64,000 bases of DNA from Candidatus Oxydemutatoraceae bacterium (GTDB taxonomy: Bacteria > Pseudomonadota > Gammaproteobacteria > Poriferisulfidales > Oxydemutatoraceae), in contig OZ244717.1 in NCBI GenBank assembly GCA_965218975.1, positions 416,001 through 480,000 on the forward strand, given 5' to 3'. The notes under the pieces are model-generated. The model was given only the letters and a program-made list of their open reading frames with translations. It was not told the origin of the DNA and did not search any database. The translations under genes were made by a program, and so were the position numbers. Below are positions 9,917 through 20,817 of this stretch, piece by piece. How positions within the stretch are numbered: position 1 is the stretch's first letter; each line of letters starts with the position of its first letter.

Positions 9917-11158
9917 ATGCCACGAATAACCAAACCCCTCTGTGAAACAGAGGTCAAGCACGCCAAGCCCAAAGGCACTACTTATAACCTTGCAGATGGA
10001 AAAGGCCTATACCTCAAGATCAAGCCCAGCGGCTATAAGGTTTGGATATTCAACTATTACCGGCCATTCACCAAAAAACGAACTGTTGACACTCTTGGCG
10101 AATACCCCGTTATAACTCTCGCCAAGGCACGTTCTAGACGCAATGAATACTTAAAGCTGCTTGCTGATGATATCGACCCGATCGAGCACAAGCTTGAAAA
10201 GAAGAGAATTCATACAGAGAAAAGCAAAAATACACTGGAAGCTGTGACCAGTTGATGGATCAAGGTCAAAAGCAGCCAAGTCTCTGAGGCACATGCAAAA
10301 GATATCTACAGATCACTGGAACTGCATATCTTTCCCGCGCTCGGCAAATTGCCCCTTCACAAAATCAGAGCAAAGCAAGTTATTGAAGTATTAGAGCCTT
10401 TAGCGGCGAAAGGCTCCCTGGAAACTGTAAAACGTTTAATCCAGAGATTAAATGAAATCATGGTCTACGCAGTAAATACAGACCTGGTGGCTACGAACTG
10501 CCTTTCAGGAGTAAGCAAAGCATTTGCTTCACCGGAAAAAAATCACATGCCTACCCTGAAACCGGAGCAATTACCGGAATTAATGAGAGCCATTGCCAAT
10601 GCCAGTATCAAGAAAACTACTCGATGCCTGATCGAGTGGCAATTGCACACAATGACAAGGCCTGGCGAGGCCGCCGGTACAAGATGGGAAGAAATAGACT
10701 TTGAGAAAAAATTGTGGGCTATCCCTGCCATGCGCATGAAAAAGAAACGCCCTCATAAAGTGCCCCTCTCGCCACAAACACTGGTTTTGCTTGAAGTAAT
10801 GAAACCGGTTAGCGCGAACAGAGCATATGTATTTCCTGTGGACAGAAACCCTAGAACCCACACCAACCCAGCAACTGCCAACATGGCGCTCAAAAGAATG
10901 GGGTACGGTCGCTTGTTAGTTGCTCATGGTCTCAGAGCTCTAGCCAGCACTACGTTGAATGAGCAAGGCTTTGATCCTGATACCATTGAGTCGGCATTAG
11001 CCCATTCGGACAAAAACGACGTCAGAGACGCATACAACCATGCTGAATATCTGGAACGTAGGAGAGTCATGATGTGCTGGTGGTCTGAACATATAGAAGC
11101 TGCTGCAGAAGGAAACCTCAGCCTTTCAGGCACTAGAAAATTAAGAGCCGTCAACTGA
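9917..11158 (+). pseudogene. intA: P4/CP4-57-like tyrosine integrase with one in-frame TGA (10253-10255)
   Basis: Arm-binding domain (LADGKGLYL, LGEYPVITL), RPGE, HGLR, LAH and AYNHAEY. Both ORF halves are in the same frame. Confidence 0.88.
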
Positions 11159-11346
11159 TCCTGCTCTTCAGCATGGTGTCTGGATTCAATCCACTGGATC
11201 GCTGTATTTTCATGCTGCATGCGCTGGTGAATTCAAACTAAAATTTTTGCATTCAGTCTCAAGTTATACCGCATAAGTATCGACAAAACAAAAATATACA
11301 TGCTAAAGAGATTAGATCTCATTTATAGGGTATAAAGGCTAGAAAC

Positions 11347-12150
11347 ATGACTTCTAGGATGCGCAACACTCTGTATCAATTCCACAGTGATTCTGGTGCA
11401 CCATTGGATGCTCATTTCGAGATACAAGAAGGGCAACTAGTTCTACATTCGCGTGGTGGCGCTATTGGTACACCGCATGCAAGAAATACAGAATACGGCC
11501 AAGCATTACGTATTCTCCTTACAAGAATTGAGAAATTTAACCTGAAGCTAGCTGGTGTGTGGGTTGACAGCAAGCGGGTCCAAAGTCTACCAATGGAGAA
11601 GAGGTCAATACTCAATCCCGAAGACACTAGGAACTCACCTTCTGTGTTGTTTACGATGTTATCGAACAGAATGGGCGTTGTAGGCCGCGGACCAAATGTT
11701 CGAAGCAAATTTGGAAATTCAAACAAAAAACTTCGTTTTTCTTTTGCAGAAAATCTGTCTGATGAGAAAATCACTCTGATTGCAGGTTGGGGAGAAAACA
11801 ACAAGGACGCACTGATCTACAAAGCAGTTCCTCTATGCCCCAATGATCAAGAATGGGCCGAAGGGCGACCAAGGCTTGTAACACACCTCAGACGTGAACG
11901 TGGTTCGGGGCTCGCCTTGGCAAAAAAGGCGAGATTTAAATTCGAGCATGGTCGGTTGTTTTGTGAACGCTGTGGACTAGACCCTGCTAAAGTTTATGGC
12001 TCTGATGTCGGTGATGCATGCATTGAAGTGCATCACAAACTGCCAGTAGCCAACATGCTGACAGTGCACAAGACAAGACTGGAAGATCTAGTGTGCTTAT
12101 GCGCAAACTGTCACCGAATCACTCATCGTGAACTTCAGAATGAAGATTAA
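11347..12150 (+). CDS. HNH endonuclease with an uncharacterised N-terminal domain
   Basis: C-terminal CERCG..CIEVHH..CLCANCHR. Confidence 0.85.
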   Translation: MTSRMRNTLYQFHSDSGAPLDAHFEIQEGQLVLHSRGGAIGTPHARNTEYGQALRILLTRIEKFNLKLAGVWVDSKRVQSLPMEKRSILNPEDTRNSPSVLFTMLSNRMGVVGRGPNVRSKFGNSNKKLRFSFAENLSDEKITLIAGWGENNKDALIYKAVPLCPNDQEWAEGRPRLVTHLRRERGSGLALAKKARFKFEHGRLFCERCGLDPAKVYGSDVGDACIEVHHKLPVANMLTVHKTRLEDLVCLCANCHRITHRELQNED

Positions 12151-12194
12151 CTAAGTCCGAGTGCCGTGAAGCGACCTACTAGTAGAATTCGCAG

Positions 12195-13325
12195 ATGCAA
12201 AAAACGCAAGCTTATCCCGTCGTAGATATTTTTGCTGGCCCAGGCGGGCTTGGTGAAGGTTTTTCGTCTGTACTTGGCGAAAACGATCATCTCCGTTTCC
12301 GTAATATCATCTCTATTGAGCACGACAAATTCTCTTACAAAGCACTACATCTTAGACACTTCTACCGTTCATTTTTCCCTAGCAATATTCCTGAAGAGTA
12401 TTACGGTTATTTGCGAGGCGACATAGAAGCCGATGAGTTATTCTGCCTATATCCGGCTCAGTTTGAAGCAGCTAATAAAAGCGTATTGAAAATTTCCCTT
12501 GGCCGCCGGCCAGTGCTTGACTTCGTCGGCAGCGCCACGATCAAGGCGTCTCCTGCGACTGTCGCGGCAGTGATGCGCGCGACGCTGGACTTTGACCTCG
12601 CCGCTCAACGAACGTGCCCGACATGGACCGATGCGCTGCGGTTGTTCATCCGACAGGCCGACGAGGCCGGTGTCTTCGTCATGGTAAGCGGCGTCGTGAT
12701 GAGCAACAACCACCGCCGCCTCAATCCGGCCGAGTTTCGCGGCTTCGCGTTGTCCGACTCCCTGGCGCCGCTGATCTTTGTCAACGGCGCCGACACCAAA
12801 GCAGCACAGATGTTCACGCTTGCTCATGAACTCGCGCACATCTGGCTGGGAGCGTCGGCTCTATCGGACATTGGCGCCGTGCCGATGCGGGGCTTCCAAC
12901 AAGAGGAAGTGTGGTGCAACGCGGTAGCGGCGGAGCTCCTCGTGCCGCTTGACGCATTGCGAGCGGAGCTGCTAGCCGACGAGCCCGTAGCCGATGCCCT
13001 GCCACGGCTGGCACGCACCTTCAAAGTCAGCTCATTGGTTATTCTGCGGCGCTTACTGGATGCGAACTGGCTAACGCGCGAGCGTTTCGACGATGCTTGG
13101 GCACAAGATATCAAGCGCCTGCGGACCTTCGTTCAAGGCGGCAGCGGGGGCGGCGCTTTCTATCGCACGACGCTGGCGCGTGTGAGCCGGCGGTTCGCCC
13201 GCGCATTGGTTATGAGCACGCTTGAAGGGCAGACCCTCTATCGGGACGCCTTTCGCATGCTCGGCGTGTCTAGGACTGAGACCTTCAACAATCTCGGGCA
13301 CGAAGCCGGGGTGAAGCTGAGGTGA
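12195..13325 (+). CDS. Chimeric ORF: DNA C5-methyltransferase N-terminus fused to an ImmA/IrrE-family metallopeptidase C-terminus
   Basis: VVDIFAGPGGLGEGF (MTase motif I) but no PC motif, then FTLAHELAH..EVWCNAVAAELL. Composition shifts from AT-rich to GC-rich near 12500. Confidence 0.8.
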   Translation: MQKTQAYPVVDIFAGPGGLGEGFSSVLGENDHLRFRNIISIEHDKFSYKALHLRHFYRSFFPSNIPEEYYGYLRGDIEADELFCLYPAQFEAANKSVLKISLGRRPVLDFVGSATIKASPATVAAVMRATLDFDLAAQRTCPTWTDALRLFIRQADEAGVFVMVSGVVMSNNHRRLNPAEFRGFALSDSLAPLIFVNGADTKAAQMFTLAHELAHIWLGASALSDIGAVPMRGFQQEEVWCNAVAAELLVPLDALRAELLADEPVADALPRLARTFKVSSLVILRRLLDANWLTRERFDDAWAQDIKRLRTFVQGGSGGGAFYRTTLARVSRRFARALVMSTLEGQTLYRDAFRMLGVSRTETFNNLGHEAGVKLR

Positions 13326-13329
13326 TGAG

Positions 13330-13836
13330 ATGACCGACTATCTTCTCAATGCAAACGTCTTCATTCAAGCCAAGAATCTGCACTACGGCTTTGATTTCTG
13401 CCCCGCATTCTGGGACTGGCTGGTCAAGCAGAACCACACGGGAAAGGTTGCGGGCATTGAGAAAGTCGCTGACGAGCTCCACGCCGGCGAAGATGAATTG
13501 GCGACCTGGGCAAGGGAACGGGACGACGACTTCTTTCTGAGGCCGGATAGCGCTGTTGTGCCCGCGCTCCGCACCGTGAGTGATTGGGCAAGCGACAGTG
13601 GGTACCAGCCTGCTGCCGTCTCTACGTTCCTACAGGTCGCCGACTACTGGCTTGGCGCGCATGCGCTCGCTCACAGCTGCACTATCGTCACTCACGAAAT
13701 ACCTGCTGACACTATTCGCAAAATCAAGATCCCAGATGCCTGCATTGGCCTCAGTCTCCACTGCATGACTCCCTATGAGATGCTCCGTCGTGAACGAGCG
13801 AGATTCGTCTTGGGGCCGGGCAGAGAAATCGCCTGA
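13330..13836 (+). CDS. DUF4411-like PIN-fold protein
   Basis: YLLNANVFIQAKNLHYGFDFCPAFWDWL, ADYWL, VTHE and KIPDAC. This family typically sits beside ImmA/IrrE genes. Confidence 0.8.
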   Translation: MTDYLLNANVFIQAKNLHYGFDFCPAFWDWLVKQNHTGKVAGIEKVADELHAGEDELATWARERDDDFFLRPDSAVVPALRTVSDWASDSGYQPAAVSTFLQVADYWLGAHALAHSCTIVTHEIPADTIRKIKIPDACIGLSLHCMTPYEMLRRERARFVLGPGREIA

Positions 13837-13846
13837 TGGCTGGTTT

Positions 13847-15763
13847 CTTGACTTCGTAGGTTTTGACCTAGGGCAAGAAATAAATCCCTTATTTATTATA
13901 GAGTTAGCAAGCCTCCGCCGAAAAACCCCGTTGTAGTGCCCTCAGGCTTGTTTTATCTTGGATTTTGGGTTATCATTCGGGTCTATGTACCTGCGTGAAA
14001 AATATGATCCCGAACGCGGCCGCACTCGCTTGCAGATTGTGCGCTCCGTGCGCACTGCCGATGGTCCCCGTCAGCGTGTGGTGCGGCATATCGGCACTGC
14101 CGACAGTCCCGAGCAGCTTGCATCTTTGCGCAAGCTCGGCGAGGTCACCTTGGAAGAGCTGCGCCAAGCCGGCACGGCACAGCAGTCGCTGTTCACACCG
14201 AAGCAGTACGCGGACCTGGCAGCTAAGGCACGGCGTGCGCCGCGTCCGGCGTGCTTCGGGGCAGATTTGTCCGAATATCGTGAGGAAGCGCGGCTGATGC
14301 TTGGGGTGCGCGAAGCGTTCGCACAGATTTATTCGCACATCGGATGGAACCAGGTGTTGGGCGCGCGCCGGACCGCAGCCAACCGCATCCTGCGCGAGCT
14401 GGTACTGACACGTATCGCACAGCCCCAGAGCAAGCGTGCCACAGTGTGCGGATTGGAACGAAGCAGCGGCGTTTCGCTCAATCTCGACCGGGTTTACCAG
14501 ACTATGGACCACCTTGAGGAGGCAGTGATCGCACGCATCCGGGAACAGTCTCATCAGGCGGCACAGAAGTTGTATGATCAGCCCCTCAAGGTGTTCTTCT
14601 TTGATTGCACGACCCTGTACTTCGAGAGCGAGCAAGAGGACCCGTTGCGCGCAAAGGGCTACAGCAAGGACGGCAAGCCGCACCGCTGCCAGGTGTTGCT
14701 CGCACTGATGACGACCTGCGACGGTCTGCCGGTAGACTACGCATTGTTGCCGGGCAACACCTTTGAGGGCAAGACCTTGATGCAGGCGGTGACAACCCTG
14801 CGCCGGCGACATCCCGGTGCCGTATTCACGGTGGTAGCCGATGCGGCGATGCTAAGCCGCGAGAACCAGGCATTCCTGCAGGAGCAGGGCTTGGCCTATT
14901 TGCTCGGCTATCGTCTCAAGTCGGCCCCAGCCAAGATCAAGCTGCAGGCCCTCAGTACAGCAGACGATCAAGGCTGGCTCAAAACGCAGGACCTGCGTTA
15001 CCGGATGATTCGCGCCGGCGTGCACGCAAGGATCAAGAAGTTCGGGAACGCATATTGGCACAGTTGCGCCGGAAGTATCAACGCAGCGAGCGCCCGGCAG
15101 GTTTCGTGGCGCGCGGCTATGCCTGTTACTTAAGCTTTCCTGCAAAGGGCCGGGTTAAGATTGATGCGGCTAAGGCAGCCGATGCGGCGCGTTGGGACGG
15201 CCTGCGCGCAATCATCGCGTACAGCAACGAGGAGACGGCGCCAAAGGAGTTGCTGTTGCAGTACCGTCGGTTGTGGGAAGTAGAACATTGCCAGAACCCA
15301 AAGCGGATGCACCAACAAGCATGACCTTTGCATCCGCCCGATCTTTCACTGGAAGCCGCGGCGCATCCGGGCGCATCCGGGCGCATATTGCGATCTGCTA
15401 CATGGCCTTCTGCTGCTTGCAGCAACTGCGCCGATGGCTTAAGGCGCTGGGCTTTCCGATGAGTGCGGAGCGGACCCGGCGCGAGCTCGACACCTTGCAG
15501 TTGAGCATCTTGGTACATACCGACACACAGAAGCGGTATGCGATGCCGAGCCGCGCGAGCGCGGACGCCAACAGGATCTACCGTAGTGTCGGGCTGAAAT
15601 GGGACGAAGCGCCGTTCCCGCTTCCCGGCAAGTCACGTCCTGGGGGAAGCTGAGCGCAGAGGGCTACAAACAACACCGTAATGTAGTGCCCTTGAGAATC
15701 ATGAAGGCAATGGCACAATCATTCCTGGGCAATCACTTACGAGCCAAAACCTACGAAGTCAAG
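13847..15763 (+). mobile_element. IS1634-family copy 2 with a frameshifted transposase
   Basis: Same IRs as copy 1. Deletion near 15010 and indels near 15290-15380. No flanking TSD. Confidence 0.9.
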
Positions 15764-15954
15764 AGGTCTCAACAGCTTTCGTGAAATGCTTTCTCGCTTG
15801 TAGTGAGCGGGATAGTTGGGTGTGGTACTGGAAAGGGGAAGCTACCACCTACTTGATTTGTAGAAGTTCAGATTTGATTTAATAGCTACCGGCTCGATGG
15901 CGTAACTGTCAGTTAAAGTCCAGTGTGCAAGTTGCTACATTTCAGTGACGTAGG

Positions 15955-17223
15955 CTAACTCACGTTGCCGTGATTTAATCGAAAGCCAGGGTACACAAAC
16001 GCACTTGAGATCCGCTCGCAATCCTGTTCTGTAATGCCCTCGGCCCTTGCGATGTTGTACCAGCGGTCGCGCACAATCTGCTCCATGGCTCGGATCGTAG
16101 TGTCGGCATCATCACGATCTAGTAGAAATCGTGGGTGTTGTGATAACAGGTTGTTGACGTTTGCATAGCACCCTAAATCGCCACAGATGAGGGCAAGATC
16201 GCGTCGTTCGGTGCTGACGGGCATCGATGGGATCAAGTCATAGGCGGGTGACAACCCCCAGTCCGCATCCAGTGCGATGATGGCGTGATTTCGAGGATGA
16301 TCGTCCGTATTCGAGATCAACGCATTGAAGCACATCCGCCGGAAGAGTTCCTGAGCATCTTGTTGCGGCCGTGACGAGATTCGCCGCAGTTCTTCGACCA
16401 GCAGGATGTAGGACCATTTGTCCCGGTCTACATGAGAATCATCTGCGCGTAGTATTGTCAGGGCACTCAATAGTCGCGCACGGCGATAACCCGTTGCAAC
16501 TTTAGCACGATCAAAGCGCTTGACCATCAACACATCACGGCCACCAACCGTCTCGACGCGACTCTCCGCTGTCTGCAGACCGCATTCACGGGCAAGCATT
16601 AGCATTGAGTGCTCGACACGGGCGTGATTCCAGCGGTCCTCCGGGTGATTGAATTTCGCAACCCACAGGCTGTCATCATCTTCTATGACAGCTTTCGGGC
16701 GTGCACCTCCCATGGACGTGCCGGCGAGCAGTAATGCTTCAGCTTGTTCAGCGTTCGCATTGGCTGGCAGTTCTTCATCAGCAATGATTGCATCTGCCAG
16801 TCGCTGTAACTCGGCCAAACCCAGGGTGCGGGAGAATCTTCGCCGCGGCGCCGGCGGTTCCCGATTCAGGCCGAAGCTCATGGCACCGGTGCGGTCTTCC
16901 GGCGAATAAAGCAAGTAATCAAGTTCACTGAGATTCGCTTTGCCGGAATGTTTTTCGATTACCCGCCGGCCCCAGTAATCCGGACCCGCGTCGCGGAGTG
17001 CTCCGAAAATGCCTTTGAGCCGTCGCGTCTCGAATGTTTCGGTCGTGAGTTTGAGTTCGATCGGATCGATGGCGACGGCATTCGCGCGCCCGAGGTAACT
17101 TTGCCCATAGACGAATTTGCCGATCGGATATCTGTGCCGGTCAGTGGTGAGCACGAACTTTCCGGCCGTTACGAACCCCGTCTCGCCGGGCAGCACAATG
17201 TACACGTAGCACTCGCCGTTCAT
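15955..17223 (-). CDS. hipA: HipA-family Ser/Thr kinase toxin
   Basis: GTSMGGARPK, VKRFDR, NTDDHPRNH and LSPAYD. Confidence 0.9.
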   Translation of the reverse strand: MNGECYVYIVLPGETGFVTAGKFVLTTDRHRYPIGKFVYGQSYLGRANAVAIDPIELKLTTETFETRRLKGIFGALRDAGPDYWGRRVIEKHSGKANLSELDYLLYSPEDRTGAMSFGLNREPPAPRRRFSRTLGLAELQRLADAIIADEELPANANAEQAEALLLAGTSMGGARPKAVIEDDDSLWVAKFNHPEDRWNHARVEHSMLMLARECGLQTAESRVETVGGRDVLMVKRFDRAKVATGYRRARLLSALTILRADDSHVDRDKWSYILLVEELRRISSRPQQDAQELFRRMCFNALISNTDDHPRNHAIIALDADWGLSPAYDLIPSMPVSTERRDLALICGDLGCYANVNNLLSQHPRFLLDRDDADTTIRAMEQIVRDRWYNIARAEGITEQDCERISSAFVYPGFRLNHGNVS

Positions 17224-17231
17224 TCGACGAT

Positions 17232-17573
17232 CTAGAAATCGTTGTCCAGGCTTTCCGGTTGGCGGGCTCGAGCACGCTTGCGGTGCAGGGTGAGCGCTAG
17301 CCCCTCCTTGTCGAGTGCCGGATCTGCAATCTCTCTCAAGGCTTCCAGCAGGTCATACGCCCAAAGCAGCGCAATGTAGACTGCAACTCCGGTCGAAGGC
17401 TTGCCTTGCTCGGCATTGGACACTGGGCGCGGACCAGTACCGATCTTCTTGGCAACGTCCTGGATCGTGAGGTTCCTCTGGAGCCTTGCAGTTCGCAGGT
17501 TGGCACCTAATTGTTTCAGCACCTGTTCCACGGGATAGGGGGGTGCGGTTGTCAATGTGTTTCTAGCGGTCAT
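17232..17573 (-). CDS. XRE-family HTH antitoxin (HipB-like)
   Basis: LRTARLQRNLTIQDVAKKIG..VSNAEQG, directly upstream of hipA. Confidence 0.85.
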   Translation of the reverse strand: MTARNTLTTAPPYPVEQVLKQLGANLRTARLQRNLTIQDVAKKIGTGPRPVSNAEQGKPSTGVAVYIALLWAYDLLEALREIADPALDKEGLALTLHRKRARARQPESLDNDF

Positions 17574-17604
17574 ATGCTCTCAACTACCTCTGATGCAGGT
17601 TAAC

Positions 17605-17665
17605 ATGCTCTTAACAGCATACCTACTTTTGGCAGAGAAGCAAGCCTGTCTGCTCTAAAGAGCAT
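17605..17665. promoter_or_regulatory. Two palindromic operator candidates upstream of the HipB-like gene
   Basis: ATGCTCTTAACAGCAT at 17605 and TGCTCTAAAGAGCA at 17651. Confidence 0.5.
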
Positions 17666-17938
17666 ACTAAAGCGGTTAAAAGCTTTTAAATACACATGAA
17701 TCCAATGAAGCATTCGTCCTGCGGACTAGGATGCAGGGCCCCTTCCTTGACTGGTGTTCACCCCATAAACTAGTCCATAGCGTTTGCGAAAGCTGCCATG
17801 ATAATCCCTAGAATGGGGATGAGGGGCATGGTTAAGTATGTCTGGTAGTGACAAAGATAATTGATGAAATAATATTATTCTTATAGTAGTCTTAAATTTT
17901 AAGATAAGCGTAATATTTATTTACATAGGAAATATTGG

Positions 17939-18889
17939 ATGGAATATACAAACCAACAACTTCTAAACTACGTCAACCGTATTAAGCTCACTCAGGAAAA
18001 AAATCGTCTTACACACAACAAATCGACAATTTGAAAGAAAACGTTCTCAAAGCCATCAATGGCATGGTAGAACACTAAAGTCATAAAAGTCAAAAGAGCA
18101 GGCTCGTGGAAGAAAGGTACGGCTTTGGCACCGAAGGAGTACCATCCACTTGATATTGACATGATTTTCTACCTGGATGTTGATGATGATACCTCCTTTG
18201 ATGCCAAAGAACTCCGGGATGAAATTATTGACGTGCTCTGTGAAGCATATCCAAACAAAAAAAGATCAGACTTTACCGATGGTCAAAAAACTATCGGTGT
18301 TGTCTTCGGGGGCACTGGGCTTGAGGTTGATATTGTGCCGTTTATCCCAGAAAAAAGTAATACGACATATGGCAGGCAGCCCCGAAAAAAACTCAATTCG
18401 GGTGAGTTTAAAACCAGTGTTGATAAGCAATTGGATTTTATAAGCAAAATAAAAGACAAGCACCCGAATTTCACGTCTGTCGTCCGTCTCCTTAAAAGTT
18501 GGAGGAACTATCAGGAGCTGGAGCTATCCTCTTTCTCCATTGAACTTGCAGTAGCACACTTGATTTCTGAGGGCAGGATATCTGCTTCTTCGATAAACCG
18601 AGCTATCACAATGTTCTTCGAGTTTTTTGGGAACGATAGTGCCATACAGGTGTATTTCACTGGTGCTATTGGAGCAAAATCAAGCACATCCCCTTGGATA
18701 GCAGACCCAACAAACAATGAGAACAATACTGTTAGGTTATCAGACAGTGAATGGAACGAGGTTATAGAAGTGGCCGAGCTTGGCTTCGAAACAATTTCTT
18801 ATGCACAGACTGTGCAAGAAACTGGAAAAACATTGGATCTATGGAAAGAAATTTTTTGTCCAAGTTTCAACGTACAGGAGCAATATTGA
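17939..18889 (+). pseudogene. CBASS cyclic-oligonucleotide synthase (CD-NTase, CdnC-like) with 5' frameshifts
   Basis: Reconstructed as MEYTNQQLLNYVNRIKL..KRAGSWKKGTALAP..DIDMIF..EVDIVP..LLKSWR..SFSIEL..IADPTNNENN. There is a -1 in an A7 run (about 18000) and a +1 near 18068. Confidence 0.85.
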
Positions 18890-19370
18890 TGGGTACCATG
18901 ACGCAAACCTATACCCGAACAGATATTCGTAAGGTTTTCGAACAATTTCAGGCAGATTTACAAATGCTTGCAGTAAGAACGCAAGCAATGGAATTCAACC
19001 ATGCACAGGAGGGCGGCTACGATGTATACCTGATGGCCCGAGAAGAGTGTTTGACGCAGGTTCACATACAATTGCGAGATTCTTATGGAAATCTGGTAAG
19101 AGTTCATCGATATACCGTTCATAGAGACAGATTATTAGGCACCCAGCGACCAGGTGGGAATGGATGGCCATGTTTGCCTAACGGCACACTAAGCGTACTT
19201 GTTACACCCTCTGATCAACAAAAGCTAGAAAAGCTTAAAAAATCGGGGCGTTGAAACTAAGTTGGGGTCCTTCATCCTTGTCAACCGACTATCCTGGAAT
19301 GCGAAATGATAGGCCCAGACTTTATTCTAGCCAAAGCTATGGGCTACAGCGGGATTCATTTGTGAATTAG
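18889..19370 (+). pseudogene. Bacterial HORMA-domain protein (Cap7-like), frameshifted near 19248
   Basis: MGTMTQTYTRTDIRKVFEQFQADLQML. Adding one G gives ..LKLSWGPS..YSSQSYGLQRDSFVN*. It lies between the CD-NTase and Trip13 genes. Confidence 0.78.
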
Positions 19371-19383
19371 ATAGGACAAGATC

Positions 19384-20274
19384 ATGCAACAAGATACATT
19401 TGATGCTCAGCAAGAGCTCCCTTCACAAAAGCTAGAAAATATTGCTACAACACTCATTGACTTTGAGAGGCACTATGAAAAGTTGAAAAATCATTGGATG
19501 CTAGTGCTAATGCCCGATCGTGTTGATGGTTGGAGTAAAAAATACCACAAACAAATAATTCCCTTATGTGAAGTGGTCCAACAAAGATACCCGCTTTTCC
19601 TTTTTAGCGGTGATGTTGGGACGGGAAAAACTGTCACAGCTGAGTGCGCTGCAAATCGGCTGACTATGGACATGAAGAAGGAAGGATATCTGCTCAAAAT
19701 GAGCACCCGTGTAAGAGGAAAGGGATTACATGGAGAGATGAGCCAACTTATACAGGATGCGTTTGAAAATCTAAAAATCCAAGCAGGCAAAAAGCGTTTG
19801 TCCTTTTTATTGATAGATGAGGCAGACTCCATTGCATCGCTTAGGTCAACCGAGCAAATGCATCAGGAGGAAAAAGCGGCCGTGAACACCTTGATACAAA
19901 AGATTGACAACATACGTCAAGCTGGTGGCCGCGCAGTTGTGTTTCTATGCACAAATCGAGCAAGCGTCATAGATCAAGCTATCATCAGGCGCGCTGCACT
20001 ACACATCGAGTTTACCCGCCCAAATAAAAAGCAGTGCTTAGAATTGCTGAGACGTGATCTCGAAGGAATAAATCTGACAACTAAAGAGATGAATGAGCTG
20101 GCGTCACTGACATCAGCAGGTGGATATTATGGAGACAGCGGGTATACGTATTCAGACTTCCGCTTACGTTATTTTCCGGAAGCACTTGCACGTGCCTTTC
20201 CAGATCAAGGGTTGACATTTGATATTCTCAAGGAAACGGCATTGGCTATGAGACCAAGCCCGCGGGTTGACTGA
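19384..20274 (+). CDS. Trip13/Pch2-like AAA+ ATPase (Cap6-like)
   Basis: GDVGTGKT, VRGKGLHGEMS, LIDEADSIA, VNTLIQKID and IIRRAA. Confidence 0.88.
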   Translation: MQQDTFDAQQELPSQKLENIATTLIDFERHYEKLKNHWMLVLMPDRVDGWSKKYHKQIIPLCEVVQQRYPLFLFSGDVGTGKTVTAECAANRLTMDMKKEGYLLKMSTRVRGKGLHGEMSQLIQDAFENLKIQAGKKRLSFLLIDEADSIASLRSTEQMHQEEKAAVNTLIQKIDNIRQAGGRAVVFLCTNRASVIDQAIIRRAALHIEFTRPNKKQCLELLRRDLEGINLTTKEMNELASLTSAGGYYGDSGYTYSDFRLRYFPEALARAFPDQGLTFDILKETALAMRPSPRVD

Positions 20275-20275
20275 A

Positions 20276-20812
20276 ATGCAGGATAGTAATGTCCAGTCAG
20301 ATGAGGTACTCCTTAAAAAATTAAGAAGAAAGGCGGAACTTTGTCGATTTGCTCACTCGGAAGAAAAAGAAAAATTCAAACGGAATCGAAATTAGAAAGA
20401 ATTCACCGTTGTTTTGTTTTCTGTAATTTCAGCCGCATTGCTCGGATTTTATTTTCGAGGAATGCTGAAAGGTGATTTGGTGTTGTTAATAATTTTTATC
20501 TTATCTCTTGTCATAACGTTGTTACAGGGTCTGGGCCATACAGTATTTCAATGGACACACAAGCTAGCACGGCACGAATCAGCAGTTGCAATTTGGGGAG
20601 GTTGGATTAGGGAAGCAGATTTTTTTGAGAAGCGTATCCACCAGTATTCAAGTGTGGCGAACGAAAAGATGCAAAACTTACAAGAAAAATATAGTAGTTG
20701 TATGAGTAGTACAGAACAAATACCGAACAGCAAGTTCCTCAAATACAAAAAGAAATTCTACCAGTATAAGTCTCAGTCCAAAATTCTTGATCAGACGATT
20801 AGAGATCGGTAA
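20276..20812 (+). pseudogene. Two-TM (SLATT-like) CBASS effector with an in-frame TAG at 20393
   Basis: N-terminal helix ..CRFAHSEE, two hydrophobic helices, then ARHESA..W and a helical tail. Occupies the effector position in the operon. Confidence 0.62.
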
Positions 20813-20817
20813 ATAGA

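Noticed and set aside
18751-18888. ORF-track N-terminal extensions (18751, 7165, 31056, 44105, 51315, 56733)
   Set aside because: They overlap upstream genes. Downstream ATGs, coupled to or just after the previous stop, fit the families better.
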